This document shows positions 20,352 to 29,737 of a DNA stretch of 64,000 bases, piece by piece. A model generated the notes under the pieces. The model was not told where the DNA came from. It saw nothing but the letters and a program-made list of their open reading frames with translations, and searched no databases. This stretch comes from Myxococcota bacterium (lineage in GTDB: Bacteria > Myxococcota_A > UBA9160 > UBA6930), in assembly GCA_965223415.1 (NCBI GenBank), contig OZ245002.1, forward strand, positions 5,632,001-5,696,000. The letters run 5' to 3'. Positions within the stretch are counted from its first letter, which is position 1; the number at the start of each line of letters is the position of its first letter. The position numbers and the translations under genes are program-made.

Positions 20352-21056
20352 TCACGCGGCCTTCTCGACCGAGGACGGATCGATCCGGATGCCGGGGCCC
20401 ATCGTGGTCGAGATCGAGATCTTCTTGAGGTAGGTGCCCTTCGCGGCGGCTGGCTTGGCCTTCAGCACCGCGTCGATGAGGGCACTGGCGTTCGCGAGCA
20501 GCTGGTCGGCCTCGAAGGAACGCTTGCCGATCGAGGCGTGGATGATCCCGTTCTTGTCCACGCGGTACTCGACCTTGCCCGCCTTGTTCTCGGAGACGGC
20601 GCGGCCGACGTCCTGGGTCACGGTGCCGAGCTTGGGGTTCGGCATGAGGCCGCGGGGGCCGAGCACCTTTCCGAGCCGGCCGACCACGCTCATCATGTCC
20701 GGCGTGGCGATCACCCGCTCGAACTCGAGCCAGCCCTCGTCCTGGATCTTCTTGGCCAGGTCCTCGGCGCCCACGTAGTCGGCGCCGGCCTCGGTGGCCT
20801 CCTTCTCCTTCTCGCCCTTCGCGAACACCAGGATGCGCATGTCGCGGCCCGTGCCGTGGGGGAGCACGATCGCTCCGCGCACCATCTGGTCGGCGTGCTT
20901 CGGATCGACGCCCAGGTTCATCGCGATGTCGACGCTCTCATCGAACTTTGCCGGCGGCGCACCCTTCAGGATCTCGATGCCCGCATTCAGCTCGTAGAGC
21001 GTGTCACGATCGAGGCCCTCGGAGGCCGTGTTGTAGCGCTTGCTATGCCTCGGCAT
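20352..21056 (-). CDS. rplA: 50S ribosomal protein L1
   Basis: [28 protein letters not shown]...[11 protein letters not shown]...STTMGPG. Confidence 0.98.
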   Translation of the reverse strand: MPRHSKRYNTASEGLDRDTLYELNAGIEILKGAPPAKFDESVDIAMNLGVDPKHADQMVRGAIVLPHGTGRDMRILVFAKGEKEKEATEAGADYVGAEDLAKKIQDEGWLEFERVIATPDMMSVVGRLGKVLGPRGLMPNPKLGTVTQDVGRAVSENKAGKVEYRVDKNGIIHASIGKRSFEADQLLANASALIDAVLKAKPAAAKGTYLKKISISTTMGPGIRIDPSSVEKAA

Positions 21057-21058
21057 GC

Positions 21059-21484
21059 CTAGCCCTCCACCTCGATGCCCATCGAGCGGGCCGTGCCCGC
21101 GACGATGTTCATCGCCGCCTCGATCGTGTGGGCGTTGAGGTCGGGCATCTTCGTCTGGGCGATCTCCTCGACCTGGGCCTTCGTGACCGTCCCCACCTTG
21201 TTCCGGTTCGGCTCGCCAGAGCCCTTCTCGAGCTTGGCCGCCTTCTTGAGCAGCACCGCTGCCGGCGGCGTCTTCAGCTCGAAGGTGAAGGAGCGGTCGG
21301 CATAGACGGTGATCAGCGCGGGGATGATCAGGCCGGCCTGATCCTGGGTCCTCGCGTTGAACGCCTTGCAGAACTCCATGATGTTGACGCCGTGCTGGCC
21401 CAGGGCGGGTCCCACCGGCGGCGCGGGGTTCGCCTGCCCCGCCGGACACTGGAGCTTGATCTGTCCAATGACCTTCTTTGCCAT
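21059..21484 (-). CDS. rplK: 50S ribosomal protein L11
   Basis: [44 protein letters not shown]. Confidence 0.99.
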   Translation of the reverse strand: MAKKVIGQIKLQCPAGQANPAPPVGPALGQHGVNIMEFCKAFNARTQDQAGLIIPALITVYADRSFTFELKTPPAAVLLKKAAKLEKGSGEPNRNKVGTVTKAQVEEIAQTKMPDLNAHTIEAAMNIVAGTARSMGIEVEG

Positions 21485-21500
21485 TCAGGGTTTCCTCTCG

Positions 21501-21536
21501 CGGGTTCGAGCGGGCGCCGCGAAGGCGCCCTCCCCG
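21501..21536 (-). promoter_or_regulatory. Putative L1-binding autoregulatory RNA leader of rplK-rplA
   Basis: Minus strand CGGGGAG-GGCGCC-TTCGC-GGCGCC-CGCTCGAACCCG just upstream of the rplK RBS: a hairpin on an asymmetric internal loop, resembling L1 target sites. Confidence 0.5.
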
Positions 21537-21585
21537 TCGTTCGAGTCGCTCGCGGGCACCGGGACGCACCGCGAGGATGCGGCCC

Positions 21586-22116
21586 TCAGGCCTTCTCCAC
21601 GTTCACGTAGTCGAGCATCACCGGGGTGGCCCGACCGAACACCTGCACCATCACGCGGACCTTCTCCTTCTCCGGAAGGACTTCGTCCACGAATCCCGAG
21701 AAGTTGGCGAAGGGGCCGTTCACGACCCGCACGCTCTCGCCTTCTTCGAAAATGATCTTGGGCTTCGGCTTCGCCGCGCCCTCCTTCATCTGCTGCGTCA
21801 TGCTGGCCACGTCTTCGTCCGGGATCGGCGTCGGTCGCTCGCCGCCTCCCACGAAGCCCGTGACCTTGGGCGTGTCCTTCACGATGTGCCACGTCTCGTC
21901 CGTCAGGTTCATGTGGACGAGGATGTAGCCGGGAAAGAACTTCCTCTTCGAGGTCTGCTTCTTGCCCTTCACGACTTCGACGACGTTCTCCTCGGGGATG
22001 AGGATCTCGTCGATCTCCGCCTCGTGACCGAAGGTCTTGGCCCGCTCCAGCAGCGACTGCTTGGCCTTGGCCTCGTGGCCCGAGTACGTATGGACGATGT
22101 ACCACTTCTTGTCCAT
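21586..22116 (-). CDS. nusG: Transcription termination/antitermination factor NusG
   Basis: [12 protein letters not shown]...KFFPGYILV...TPKVTGFVG...GPFANFSG (KOW). Confidence 0.98.
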   Translation of the reverse strand: MDKKWYIVHTYSGHEAKAKQSLLERAKTFGHEAEIDEILIPEENVVEVVKGKKQTSKRKFFPGYILVHMNLTDETWHIVKDTPKVTGFVGGGERPTPIPDEDVASMTQQMKEGAAKPKPKIIFEEGESVRVVNGPFANFSGFVDEVLPEKEKVRVMVQVFGRATPVMLDYVNVEKA

Positions 22117-22129
22117 GGACCTCATGCCC

Positions 22130-22336
22130 TCAGTCGAGGAGCAGCTCCATCACGCTCGTGAGTCCGGCGTCGATCAGCCCGAGCGCGAGGGTCAGGAAGA
22201 TGACGATCACGACCACGCCGACGGTCCCTCCCACGTACTCCCGCTGGCCCGGCCAGGTGATCTTGTTGAACTCGCTCCGGACCTCGGACAGGTAGGTCCT
22301 GCCCTGCTGGATCCAGACTGCGGGGTTCATTTCCAC
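22130..22336 (-). CDS. secE: Preprotein translocase subunit SecE
   Basis: [12 protein letters not shown] plus one TM helix; between tRNA-Trp and nusG. Confidence 0.93.
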   Translation of the reverse strand: MEMNPAVWIQQGRTYLSEVRSEFNKITWPGQREYVGGTVGVVVIVIFLTLALGLIDAGLTSVMELLLD

Positions 22337-22386
22337 GGCTGCTTCGCGCCTTCCAGTTTCCGGTCTTCAAGCCGTCGTTCGAACGA

Positions 22387-22462
22387 TGGCAGGTGCGGAG
22401 GGACTCGAACCCCCAACCTCCGGATTTGGAGTCCGGTGCACTACCAGTTGTGCTACGCACCT
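22387..22462 (-). tRNA. tRNA-Trp (CCA)
   Basis: AGGTGCGTAGCACAACTGGTAGTGCACCGGACTCCAAATCCGGAGGTTGGGGGTTCGAGTCCCTCCGCACCTGCCA. Confidence 0.96.
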
Positions 22463-22598
22463 ATTGTTTCGCGATTCTTCGCTCGCCTTCGGCTCGCTGC
22501 GCGCCCCGGCAGGGCTTGCGGTCGCACCGGCTCGCGGCTCTCGCCGCTCGCTCACCTGCCCGCATGCACGACTAGGGAGGCCTCGAGCGTCTCCAGCG

Positions 22599-23789
<1,191 letters not shown>

Positions 23790-23876
23790 TCGACTCTCTC
23801 GACTCCCTGTTGGGCCCTCCCCGTCGATCCCGCCGCTGGGCAGGAGCTGGACCGGGATGGGATTGGGTGGACGATC

Positions 23877-23952
<76 letters not shown>

Positions 23953-23961
23953 GATTGAAAA

Positions 23962-24038
23962 TGGAGCGGGAAACGGGACTCGAACCCGCGACCCCGAGCT
24001 TGGAAGGCTCGTGCTCTAGCCAACTGAGCTATTCCCGC
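23962..24038 (-). tRNA. tRNA-Gly (TCC)
   Basis: GCGGGAATAGCTCAGTTGGCTAGAGCACGAGCCTTCCAAGCTCGGGGTCGCGGGTTCGAGTCCCGTTTCCCGCTCCA. Confidence 0.96.
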
Positions 24039-24065
24039 CTCGGAGACAACGGGGAAGGCCTGGGC

Positions 24066-24151
24066 TGGTGGAGAGGGGAGGATTCGAACCTCCGAAGTCA
24101 TAAGACAGCAGATTTACAGTCTGCCCCGTTTGGCCGCTTCGGTACCTCTCC
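24066..24151 (-). tRNA. tRNA-Tyr (GTA)
   Basis: GGAGAGGTACCGAAGCGGCCAAACGGGGCAGACTGTAAATCTGC, long variable arm, ends GGTTCGAATCCTCCCCTCTCCACCA. Confidence 0.96.
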
Positions 24152-24424
24152 ACGCCTCTCGAGGGCGCGCCCCGAACGAAACTGTGTCTTCCTTTCGGTT
24201 TGGGCTGACTTGAACGAATGGAAAGCAAGCGAAAGCGTAGAGCCCACCATCGCCCGCCTCGCCGCTTCGCGCTCTCGAGTGTTTCGAGGGATGCTAGTTC
24301 GGCGAGGGACCGTGGCGAGATCGAACGCTGTCGCTCTCGTTGATCGATGTTGGTTTGTGCGGGCGAAGGCCGCGCCGCCCCTCTCGGCTGGCGAACCCCC
24401 CGGCACTCCCGCAGTTCCCCCGGT

Positions 24425-24500
24425 TGGAGCTGGCGGAGGGACTTGAACCCACAACCTGCGGATTACAAATCCGCCGCTCTACCGGTTGAGCTACGCCAGC
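24425..24500 (-). tRNA. tRNA-Thr (TGT)
   Basis: GCTGGCGTAGCTCAACCGGTAGAGCGGCGGATTTGTAATCCGCAGGTTGTGGGTTCAAGTCCCTCCGCCAGCTCCA. Confidence 0.96.
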
Positions 24501-24520
24501 CTGGGGCCGACCGAGCGGGG

Positions 24521-24549
24521 ATCATAGGCGCCGCCGCCCGGCCCCGCAA
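24521..24549 (-). promoter_or_regulatory. Sigma70-type promoter of the tRNA-tuf operon
   Basis: Minus strand TTGCGG-N17-TATGAT followed by a GC-rich discriminator, 20 nt upstream of tRNA-Thr(TGT). Confidence 0.65.
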
Positions 24550-24575
24550 CGCGCAAACCACCCCATTCCGGGGAC

Positions 24576-25313
24576 TTACGGGCGAAGTCGCGGCCCCCCG
24601 CGGCGCACGGCCTCGTACAGGAGCACGGCCGCGGCGGTCGACACGTTCAGCGACGCCATGTGGCCCAGCATGGGGAGTCCCACCCGGAAGTCCACTGCCT
24701 CCCGAACCCCTTTGCGAAGCCCCTTGCCCTCGGCGCCGAGCACGAACACCAGGGGCCCGGTCCAGATCCGGTCCTCGGTCTCGAAGAGAGAGGGGGCGTC
24801 GGCATCGCCGCCGATCGACCAGAAGCCTCCTTCTCGGAGGCTCACCAGGGCCCGCTTCAGGTTGGGCACCCGCCCCACGGGGAGGTGCTCGATGGCGCCG
24901 GCGCTGGCCCGGGAGACCGCGGCGGAGAGGGGCGGCGCGTGCCGTCGGGTGAGGAGGAGGCCCGCGCACCCGCCGGCCTCGGCGACCCGGGCGATGGCGC
25001 CGACGTTGTGGGGGTCCTCGACCCCGTCGAGGGCGACCAGCCAAGGCGTGGCCGCCCCGGCGCACAGGGCCGCGAGCGGCTCCAGATCGAGCTCGGGCAG
25101 TGCGCCCACCTCGAGCCGCACGCCCTGGGTCTCCTCCGAGCCGCGCTCCGGGGCGAGCTCGGAAATCGCGAGGCCCTGCTCCCCTGCCAGACGGCGGATC
25201 TCCGCGAGCTCGTCCCGCTCGCCCCGGCCGGGCCGCAGCTCCAGCCGGCGCAGCGCCCGGCGCCGGGCACGCAGCGCCTCCAGCACCGAATGCACCCCGG
25301 TCAGCCACTCCAC
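24576..25313 (-). CDS. rlmB: 23S rRNA Gm2251 methyltransferase (SpoU/TrmH family)
   Basis: LDGVEDPHNVGAIAR, SRASAGA, VLGAEGKGLR, SLNVSTAAAVLLYE; GTG start. Confidence 0.92.
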   Translation of the reverse strand: MEWLTGVHSVLEALRARRRALRRLELRPGRGERDELAEIRRLAGEQGLAISELAPERGSEETQGVRLEVGALPELDLEPLAALCAGAATPWLVALDGVEDPHNVGAIARVAEAGGCAGLLLTRRHAPPLSAAVSRASAGAIEHLPVGRVPNLKRALVSLREGGFWSIGGDADAPSLFETEDRIWTGPLVFVLGAEGKGLRKGVREAVDFRVGLPMLGHMASLNVSTAAAVLLYEAVRRGGPRLRP

Positions 25314-25341
25314 GAGGGCGGAGGATGGCAGGAATCCCGCC

Positions 25342-26613
25342 CTAGGCGAGGCCCTCGCGGCGAAGGCCGCGGAGGCCTTCCAGGACGTCGTCGGGTCGGG
25401 GCACCCGCGGGTGGTTCTTGATCTCGAACTCGAGGTAGGCAATGAGCTCGCCCAACGCCCCGACCAGCTGCTCCTCCCGATCGCCGGGAAGCTTCAGGGC
25501 ACGGGCGACGAGAACGTCGGCGTCCAGGGCGCCTCGGGCTCCGAGGGTCACCCCGGTCAGCAAGGCTGGGAAGCGGCCGGTCGCATCGTCGAGCACCCGG
25601 CCCAGCCGCTCGAGCACGGCCGTCTCCGCTCTCTCCACGCCGGCGAGCACGCCGACCAGCTCGGCCACCAGCTTGGTGAGGGCCGCCACCCGCTCCCGGA
25701 GGACCTCGGGATCGATGTCCCGCAGCTCGCCCTCCACGAGGACGCCGCCGCTCTCGGGCAGGCGCATGAGCTGCACCGCCCCGACCAGGCGCAGGAGCTG
25801 GATGCTGCGGGCCGCGGAGGCCGGGTCGAAGTCGAGCAGCCGGCACACGTCGTCGAAGGAGCGGCCGGCGCCGATGGCGTCGGCCAGGGCCCGCTCGTTC
25901 CCGCCCAGATCGGCGTGGAAGCCCTCGACCCGGGCCAGACCCACCCGCGGATCCCGCAGGACGGCCAGGAACTTCGCCAGCTCCTCGCTGCGCAAGAGCC
26001 CCTCTTCGACCAGGCGTCCCGTCTCGAGGGCCAGCCGCACCACGTTGTCGGGCTCGACCTCGCCCTCCCAGAACCAGACCGTGCCGCTCGCGTAGGCGAA
26101 GAGCGAGCGCACCACCTCCTCGACCTGGTACTTCACGCCGTTCCAGAGCTCGCGGGGCGTGAGCAGACCGTGCTCGACCAGGACCTTGCCGAAGCGGTCG
26201 CCGGCTTCGGTGGGACGGAAGTGGCGCTCGGCCTCGCGGAGCTGACCCAGGTCGATGACCCCGGCCCGCAGCAGGCACTCTCCGAGCCGATCGACGCGTT
26301 GGTTCGAGGTGGCGAACACCACCTCGCCGCGCTGGAGATAGACGGTCTTCCGGTGGTCGCGGTAGCGGAAGCGCAGCAGGCCCGAGCGGCCCGAGCCGTG
26401 GATCGCCCGCAGCACGAAGGCCAGGGGGAAGGTCTCGATCTCCGCCCGAAGGACCGGCGCCGACGCCGGCAGGGCCTCGCCCTCCCCGCTCTCCCGCGAG
26501 AGTAGAACCGAGGTCGGGGTCACCTCGACCAGCCCGAGGCGATCTCCCTCCGGCAGACCCAGCCGCTCGCGCAGCGTCTCTCCAAGCGTTCCCAGGCTTC
26601 CGGCCACAGGCAT
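25342..26613 (-). CDS. DUF4388 (PatA-N-like) domain protein
   Basis: FPLAFVLRAIHGSGRSGLLRF...KTVYLQRGEVVFATSN..DRLGECLLRAGVI...RFGKVLVEHGLL...SGTVWFWEG. Confidence 0.75.
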   Translation of the reverse strand: MPVAGSLGTLGETLRERLGLPEGDRLGLVEVTPTSVLLSRESGEGEALPASAPVLRAEIETFPLAFVLRAIHGSGRSGLLRFRYRDHRKTVYLQRGEVVFATSNQRVDRLGECLLRAGVIDLGQLREAERHFRPTEAGDRFGKVLVEHGLLTPRELWNGVKYQVEEVVRSLFAYASGTVWFWEGEVEPDNVVRLALETGRLVEEGLLRSEELAKFLAVLRDPRVGLARVEGFHADLGGNERALADAIGAGRSFDDVCRLLDFDPASAARSIQLLRLVGAVQLMRLPESGGVLVEGELRDIDPEVLRERVAALTKLVAELVGVLAGVERAETAVLERLGRVLDDATGRFPALLTGVTLGARGALDADVLVARALKLPGDREEQLVGALGELIAYLEFEIKNHPRVPRPDDVLEGLRGLRREGLA

Positions 26614-26684
26614 GCCCTCCCGCCGGCCGAACCGGCCGCGACTCCGGCTCCATCGACCTCGGGCCGCCCATCCTTGAGGCGATC

Positions 26685-26700
26685 TGCACTCAAGTTGCCG
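26685..26700 (-). promoter_or_regulatory. Putative sigma54 -24/-12 promoter for the DUF4388 gene
   Basis: Minus strand CGGCAACTTGAGTGCA, with GG and GC 10 nt apart. Confidence 0.4.
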
Positions 26701-26736
26701 GTTGGTGAGGGCGATGATGCGGAAAGGGGGAACGCC

Positions 26737-27129
26737 ATGACGGACTCGTTCGATCGCTCGCGACGCCATCGCCGCGTCTCGGTCCACGTCCCGGTCCATC
26801 TCTCGACGATCGATCCGGAAACGGATCCGCGCACCGGCCGGCCCTACTTCCGGGACACCCGCGAGTACGTGGCGAACGTTTCGCGCGGCGGCGCGTTCAT
26901 CCGCACCGACGACCCGCCCACGCCCGGGCACCGGGTGCTGGTTCGCATCCACGTGCCCGACGCGGAGCCGATCGAGACGGTCGGCCGCATCGCCTGGTCC
27001 AAGAAGGTGCTCGCCGCGCCGGGGAACGCGGAGGACGACGAGGGCGGAGTCGGCATCGAGTTCCTGCCGGACGGGGCCGACCTCGACGCGATCGGCCGGG
27101 CCCTGGACCTGCCGAGCGAGGACCGCTGA
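26737..27129 (+). CDS. Single-domain PilZ protein (c-di-GMP receptor)
   Basis: RRHRR (RxxxR) and NVSRGG (D/NxSxxG) motifs; GRIAW...GVGIEF. Confidence 0.85.
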   Translation: MTDSFDRSRRHRRVSVHVPVHLSTIDPETDPRTGRPYFRDTREYVANVSRGGAFIRTDDPPTPGHRVLVRIHVPDAEPIETVGRIAWSKKVLAAPGNAEDDEGGVGIEFLPDGADLDAIGRALDLPSEDR

Positions 27130-27163
27130 CCCGCCACGCCCGCCCGCCGGGCGGACCGCTGGG

Positions 27164-27246
27164 TGCCCGGGGCAGGACTCGAACCTGCACGGCCAATGGC
27201 CAGACGATTTTAAGTCGTCCGCGTCTACCCGTTTCGCCACCCGGGC
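27164..27246 (-). tRNA. tRNA-Leu (TAA)
   Basis: GCCCGGGTGGCGAAACGGGTAGACGCGGACGACTTAAAATCGTCTGGCCATTGGCCGTGCAGGTTCGAGTCCTGCCCCGGGCA; followed by CCC, not CCA. Confidence 0.93.
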
Positions 27247-27267
27247 GAGGTGGACCGGGGGTTCAGC

Positions 27268-27570
27268 CTAGCCCGCGATCTCGATGCGCTCCCGCACCCC
27301 ATCCTGGGCCAGCAGCTCCTCGAGGGTGTCGCGGTCGAGGAGGGTGGTGCGCTGGTATCCCCATTCGGGAGCGTCGATCTCGAGCCGGAAGATCTCGCGG
27401 GGACGCTCGAAGATCTGACGGATCCGAACCGTGCCTTCGCCGCCCTGGATCTCCGCCAGAAGCGAGTGCAGGATGCGCTCCACGCGCCGCGCCGAGCGCA
27501 CTGCGGGGTGCAGGTGCTGCTCGTAGGAGCGGTTGCGACTGGGCACTCGGAAACGGCCGGTCTGGCTCAT
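27268..27570 (-). CDS. Hypothetical protein (about 100 aa)
   Basis: MSQTGRFRVPSRNRSYEQHLHP...YQRTTLLDRDTLEELL; protein-like composition, fills the gap between hsp20 and tRNA-Leu. Confidence 0.65.
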   Translation of the reverse strand: MSQTGRFRVPSRNRSYEQHLHPAVRSARRVERILHSLLAEIQGGEGTVRIRQIFERPREIFRLEIDAPEWGYQRTTLLDRDTLEELLAQDGVRERIEIAG

Positions 27571-27653
27571 CGAAGAGAGCATGCCGTGCGGCGCCGGGCC
27601 GATCAAGCGAGCTCGACGAACCGCCCGGGCACGTGTCGACCGAGCGAGGCGAT

Positions 27654-27682
27654 CCGGCGGCCTGGCCCTGCCGGGCCGCCGG
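27654..27682. terminator. GC-rich hairpin downstream of the Hsp20 gene
   Basis: CCGGCGGCCTGGC-CCT-GCCGGGCCGCCGG (13-bp stem, one wobble), flanked by ACGTGTCG/CGACACGT; no U-tract. Confidence 0.35.
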
Positions 27683-27710
27683 CGACGACACGTCGCGTCG
27701 GACGCCTTCG

Positions 27711-28121
27711 CTAGTGCACCGCGATGGGGATCTGTCGCGGCTTGCGGCGCTCGCTCTTCGGGACGCGCACCGTCAGCACGCCGTCCTTGAAGCTCGCCTC
27801 GATGTGCTCCACGTCGACCTCCTCCCGGAACACCACGCTGCGTGCGAACTCGCCGCTGCGGCGCTCGGCGCGGAAGACGCGGCCCTCGGTGACCTCGGGC
27901 GCGGCCCGCTCGCCTCGGATCGTGAGGGTGCCGTCGTTGAAGGCCACGTCGACCTTCTCCTGCTCGACGCCGGGCAGGTCCGCCAGGATCTCGTAGCGAT
28001 CCGCGTACTCGAGCATGTCGATGGCCGGCGTGAAGAGCCCGGCCGGCGTGGCGCCCTGGAGCGCCCCGTCGAGGTCGTTGAACCAGCGATCGAAGAGCGT
28101 GGGAACGGAAACCGTCCGCAT
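27711..28121 (-). CDS. Hsp20/alpha-crystallin small heat-shock protein
   Basis: PAIDMLE...ADLPGV...LTIRGER...ERRSGEFARS...ASFKDGVLTVRVPK...IPI; AAGGAGG RBS. Confidence 0.95.
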   Translation of the reverse strand: MRTVSVPTLFDRWFNDLDGALQGATPAGLFTPAIDMLEYADRYEILADLPGVEQEKVDVAFNDGTLTIRGERAAPEVTEGRVFRAERRSGEFARSVVFREEVDVEHIEASFKDGVLTVRVPKSERRKPRQIPIAVH

Positions 28122-28223
28122 GGATGTGTCCTCCTTCGGCAGCATGTCTGTGCACCGCCACGGAGGCGTCAAGCCGGGGGTCGGCCCGCGGGGAGCCCGC
28201 CCGGTCGGGCCGCCGGAGCCGGC

Positions 28224-29672
28224 CTAACGGCGCCAGAACGAGGGCGCGAAGAGGACCAGCAGGGTGAACAGCTCGAGCCGCCCGGCGAGCATCAGCCCGG
28301 AGAGGCACAGCTTCGCGTAGGCGGGCAGGTGGGAGAAGTCGTCGCTCGGCCCCACGGCGCCGTAGCCGGGGCCCACGTTGGAGACGGCGGTGAGCGAGGC
28401 GGAGACCGCGCTCAATACGTCGTAGCCGGCGGTGCTCATCATCAGCGCGCCGAGAAAGGTGAGCATCAGGTAGGCGAAGACGAACACCCCGACGCCGCCG
28501 AGCACGTCCTCGGGAATCGCGCGCCCGTTGAAGCGAACGGTGTGGACCGCATGGGGGTGGATGATCCGCAGCAGGGCGACCCGGAAGCTCTGCAGCCCGA
28601 GGACGACCCGCAGCGACTTGATGCCGCCGGCGGTGGAGCCCGCCATCCCGCCCAGCGCGAGCAGGGGCACCAGCAGGAGCTGGGGCAGGGCCGGCCAGGT
28701 CTCGTAGTCCGCCGTCGCGAAGCCCGTCGTGGTCAGCAGCGAGACGACCTGGAAGGCGGCGTCGCGAAGCGGCGAAGCGGCGTCCGTCCCGAGGAGCCCG
28801 AGCGCCACCGCCGCCGTCCACAGCAGGGCAACGGCCAGGAAGAAGCGCAGCTCCGCATCTCGGCCGACCTCACGGAAGCGCCCGGCCAGCAGCCGGTAGT
28901 GCAGCACGAAGTTGATTCCGGCCACGAGCATGAAGCCGGCCACCACCCACTGCACGCTCGCCGGAAACGCCCCGATGGAGGCGCTGCGCGTGGAGAAGCC
29001 GCCGGTGGCCAGGGTGGTGAGCGCGTGGCAGAGCGCGTCGAAGGGCCCCATGCCGGTCAGCCACAGGGCCGCGAACGCCAGGACGGTCAGGCCGACGTAG
29101 ATGAGCCAGAGCCGGCGGGCCGTGTCGGCCACCCGAGGCGTCAGCTTGTCGGTGATCGGCCCCGGCACCTCGGCCTTGAAGAGCTGCATGCCGCCGATGC
29201 CGAGCAGGGGCAGGATCGCGACGGCGAACACGATGATGCCCATGCCGCCGACCCACTGGCTGAGCGAACGCCAGAAGAGGAGCGCATGGGGCGCGGCCTC
29301 GATGTCGACGAGCACCGTCGAGCCCGTCGTCGTGAACCCGGAGGTGGACTCGAAGAACGCGTCGGCAGGCGAGAGCGCGCCGGCCAGCACGTAGGGCAGC
29401 GCACCGAAGGCCGAGGCCAGGAACCAGCCGAGCCCCACCACCAGAAAGGCATCCCGGTGACGCATGCGGCGGCCGGAGGCCTCCGGCGTCCTCGCCGAGA
29501 GCGCCATCGGCAGCCCGATCACCGCAGCGGTCGCCGCGGAGAGCAGGTAGGGCGCGGCGGCCTCTCCGGCGCCCCAGGCCACGGCCGCGGGCAGGCCCAG
29601 CAGGCCGGCGAACCCGACCAGCAGCCAGCCCAGGATCTCGAGATCCAGGAGCAGGTTCAACGTCACCCCCAC
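28224..29672 (-). CDS. trkH: TrkH/KtrB potassium uptake membrane protein
   Basis: FESTSGFTTTG, SQWVGGMGII, TLATGGFS, TTTGF, GSTAGGIK, SNVGPG, MLAGRLE. Confidence 0.93.
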   Translation of the reverse strand: MGVTLNLLLDLEILGWLLVGFAGLLGLPAAVAWGAGEAAAPYLLSAATAAVIGLPMALSARTPEASGRRMRHRDAFLVVGLGWFLASAFGALPYVLAGALSPADAFFESTSGFTTTGSTVLVDIEAAPHALLFWRSLSQWVGGMGIIVFAVAILPLLGIGGMQLFKAEVPGPITDKLTPRVADTARRLWLIYVGLTVLAFAALWLTGMGPFDALCHALTTLATGGFSTRSASIGAFPASVQWVVAGFMLVAGINFVLHYRLLAGRFREVGRDAELRFFLAVALLWTAAVALGLLGTDAASPLRDAAFQVVSLLTTTGFATADYETWPALPQLLLVPLLALGGMAGSTAGGIKSLRVVLGLQSFRVALLRIIHPHAVHTVRFNGRAIPEDVLGGVGVFVFAYLMLTFLGALMMSTAGYDVLSAVSASLTAVSNVGPGYGAVGPSDDFSHLPAYAKLCLSGLMLAGRLELFTLLVLFAPSFWRR

Positions 29673-29737
29673 CTAGAGCGGGCGGTAGCTTCACGCCCGC
29701 GCCGCGCCGCCGCAATGGCGGCACGGAGGAGCGGCGG

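Noticed and set aside
22367..22555. 62-aa ORF at the rpmG position as L33
   Set aside because: No L33 motifs, and it runs through tRNA-Trp
27164..27246. tRNA-Leu or the tRNA cluster as an integration site for a prophage or island
   Set aside because: No integrase, no phage genes and no duplicated tRNA 3' end seen in the window
28122..28223. CIRCE or sigma32 heat-shock element upstream of hsp20
   Set aside because: Only a CTTGAC -35-like word; no CIRCE inverted repeat and no convincing -10
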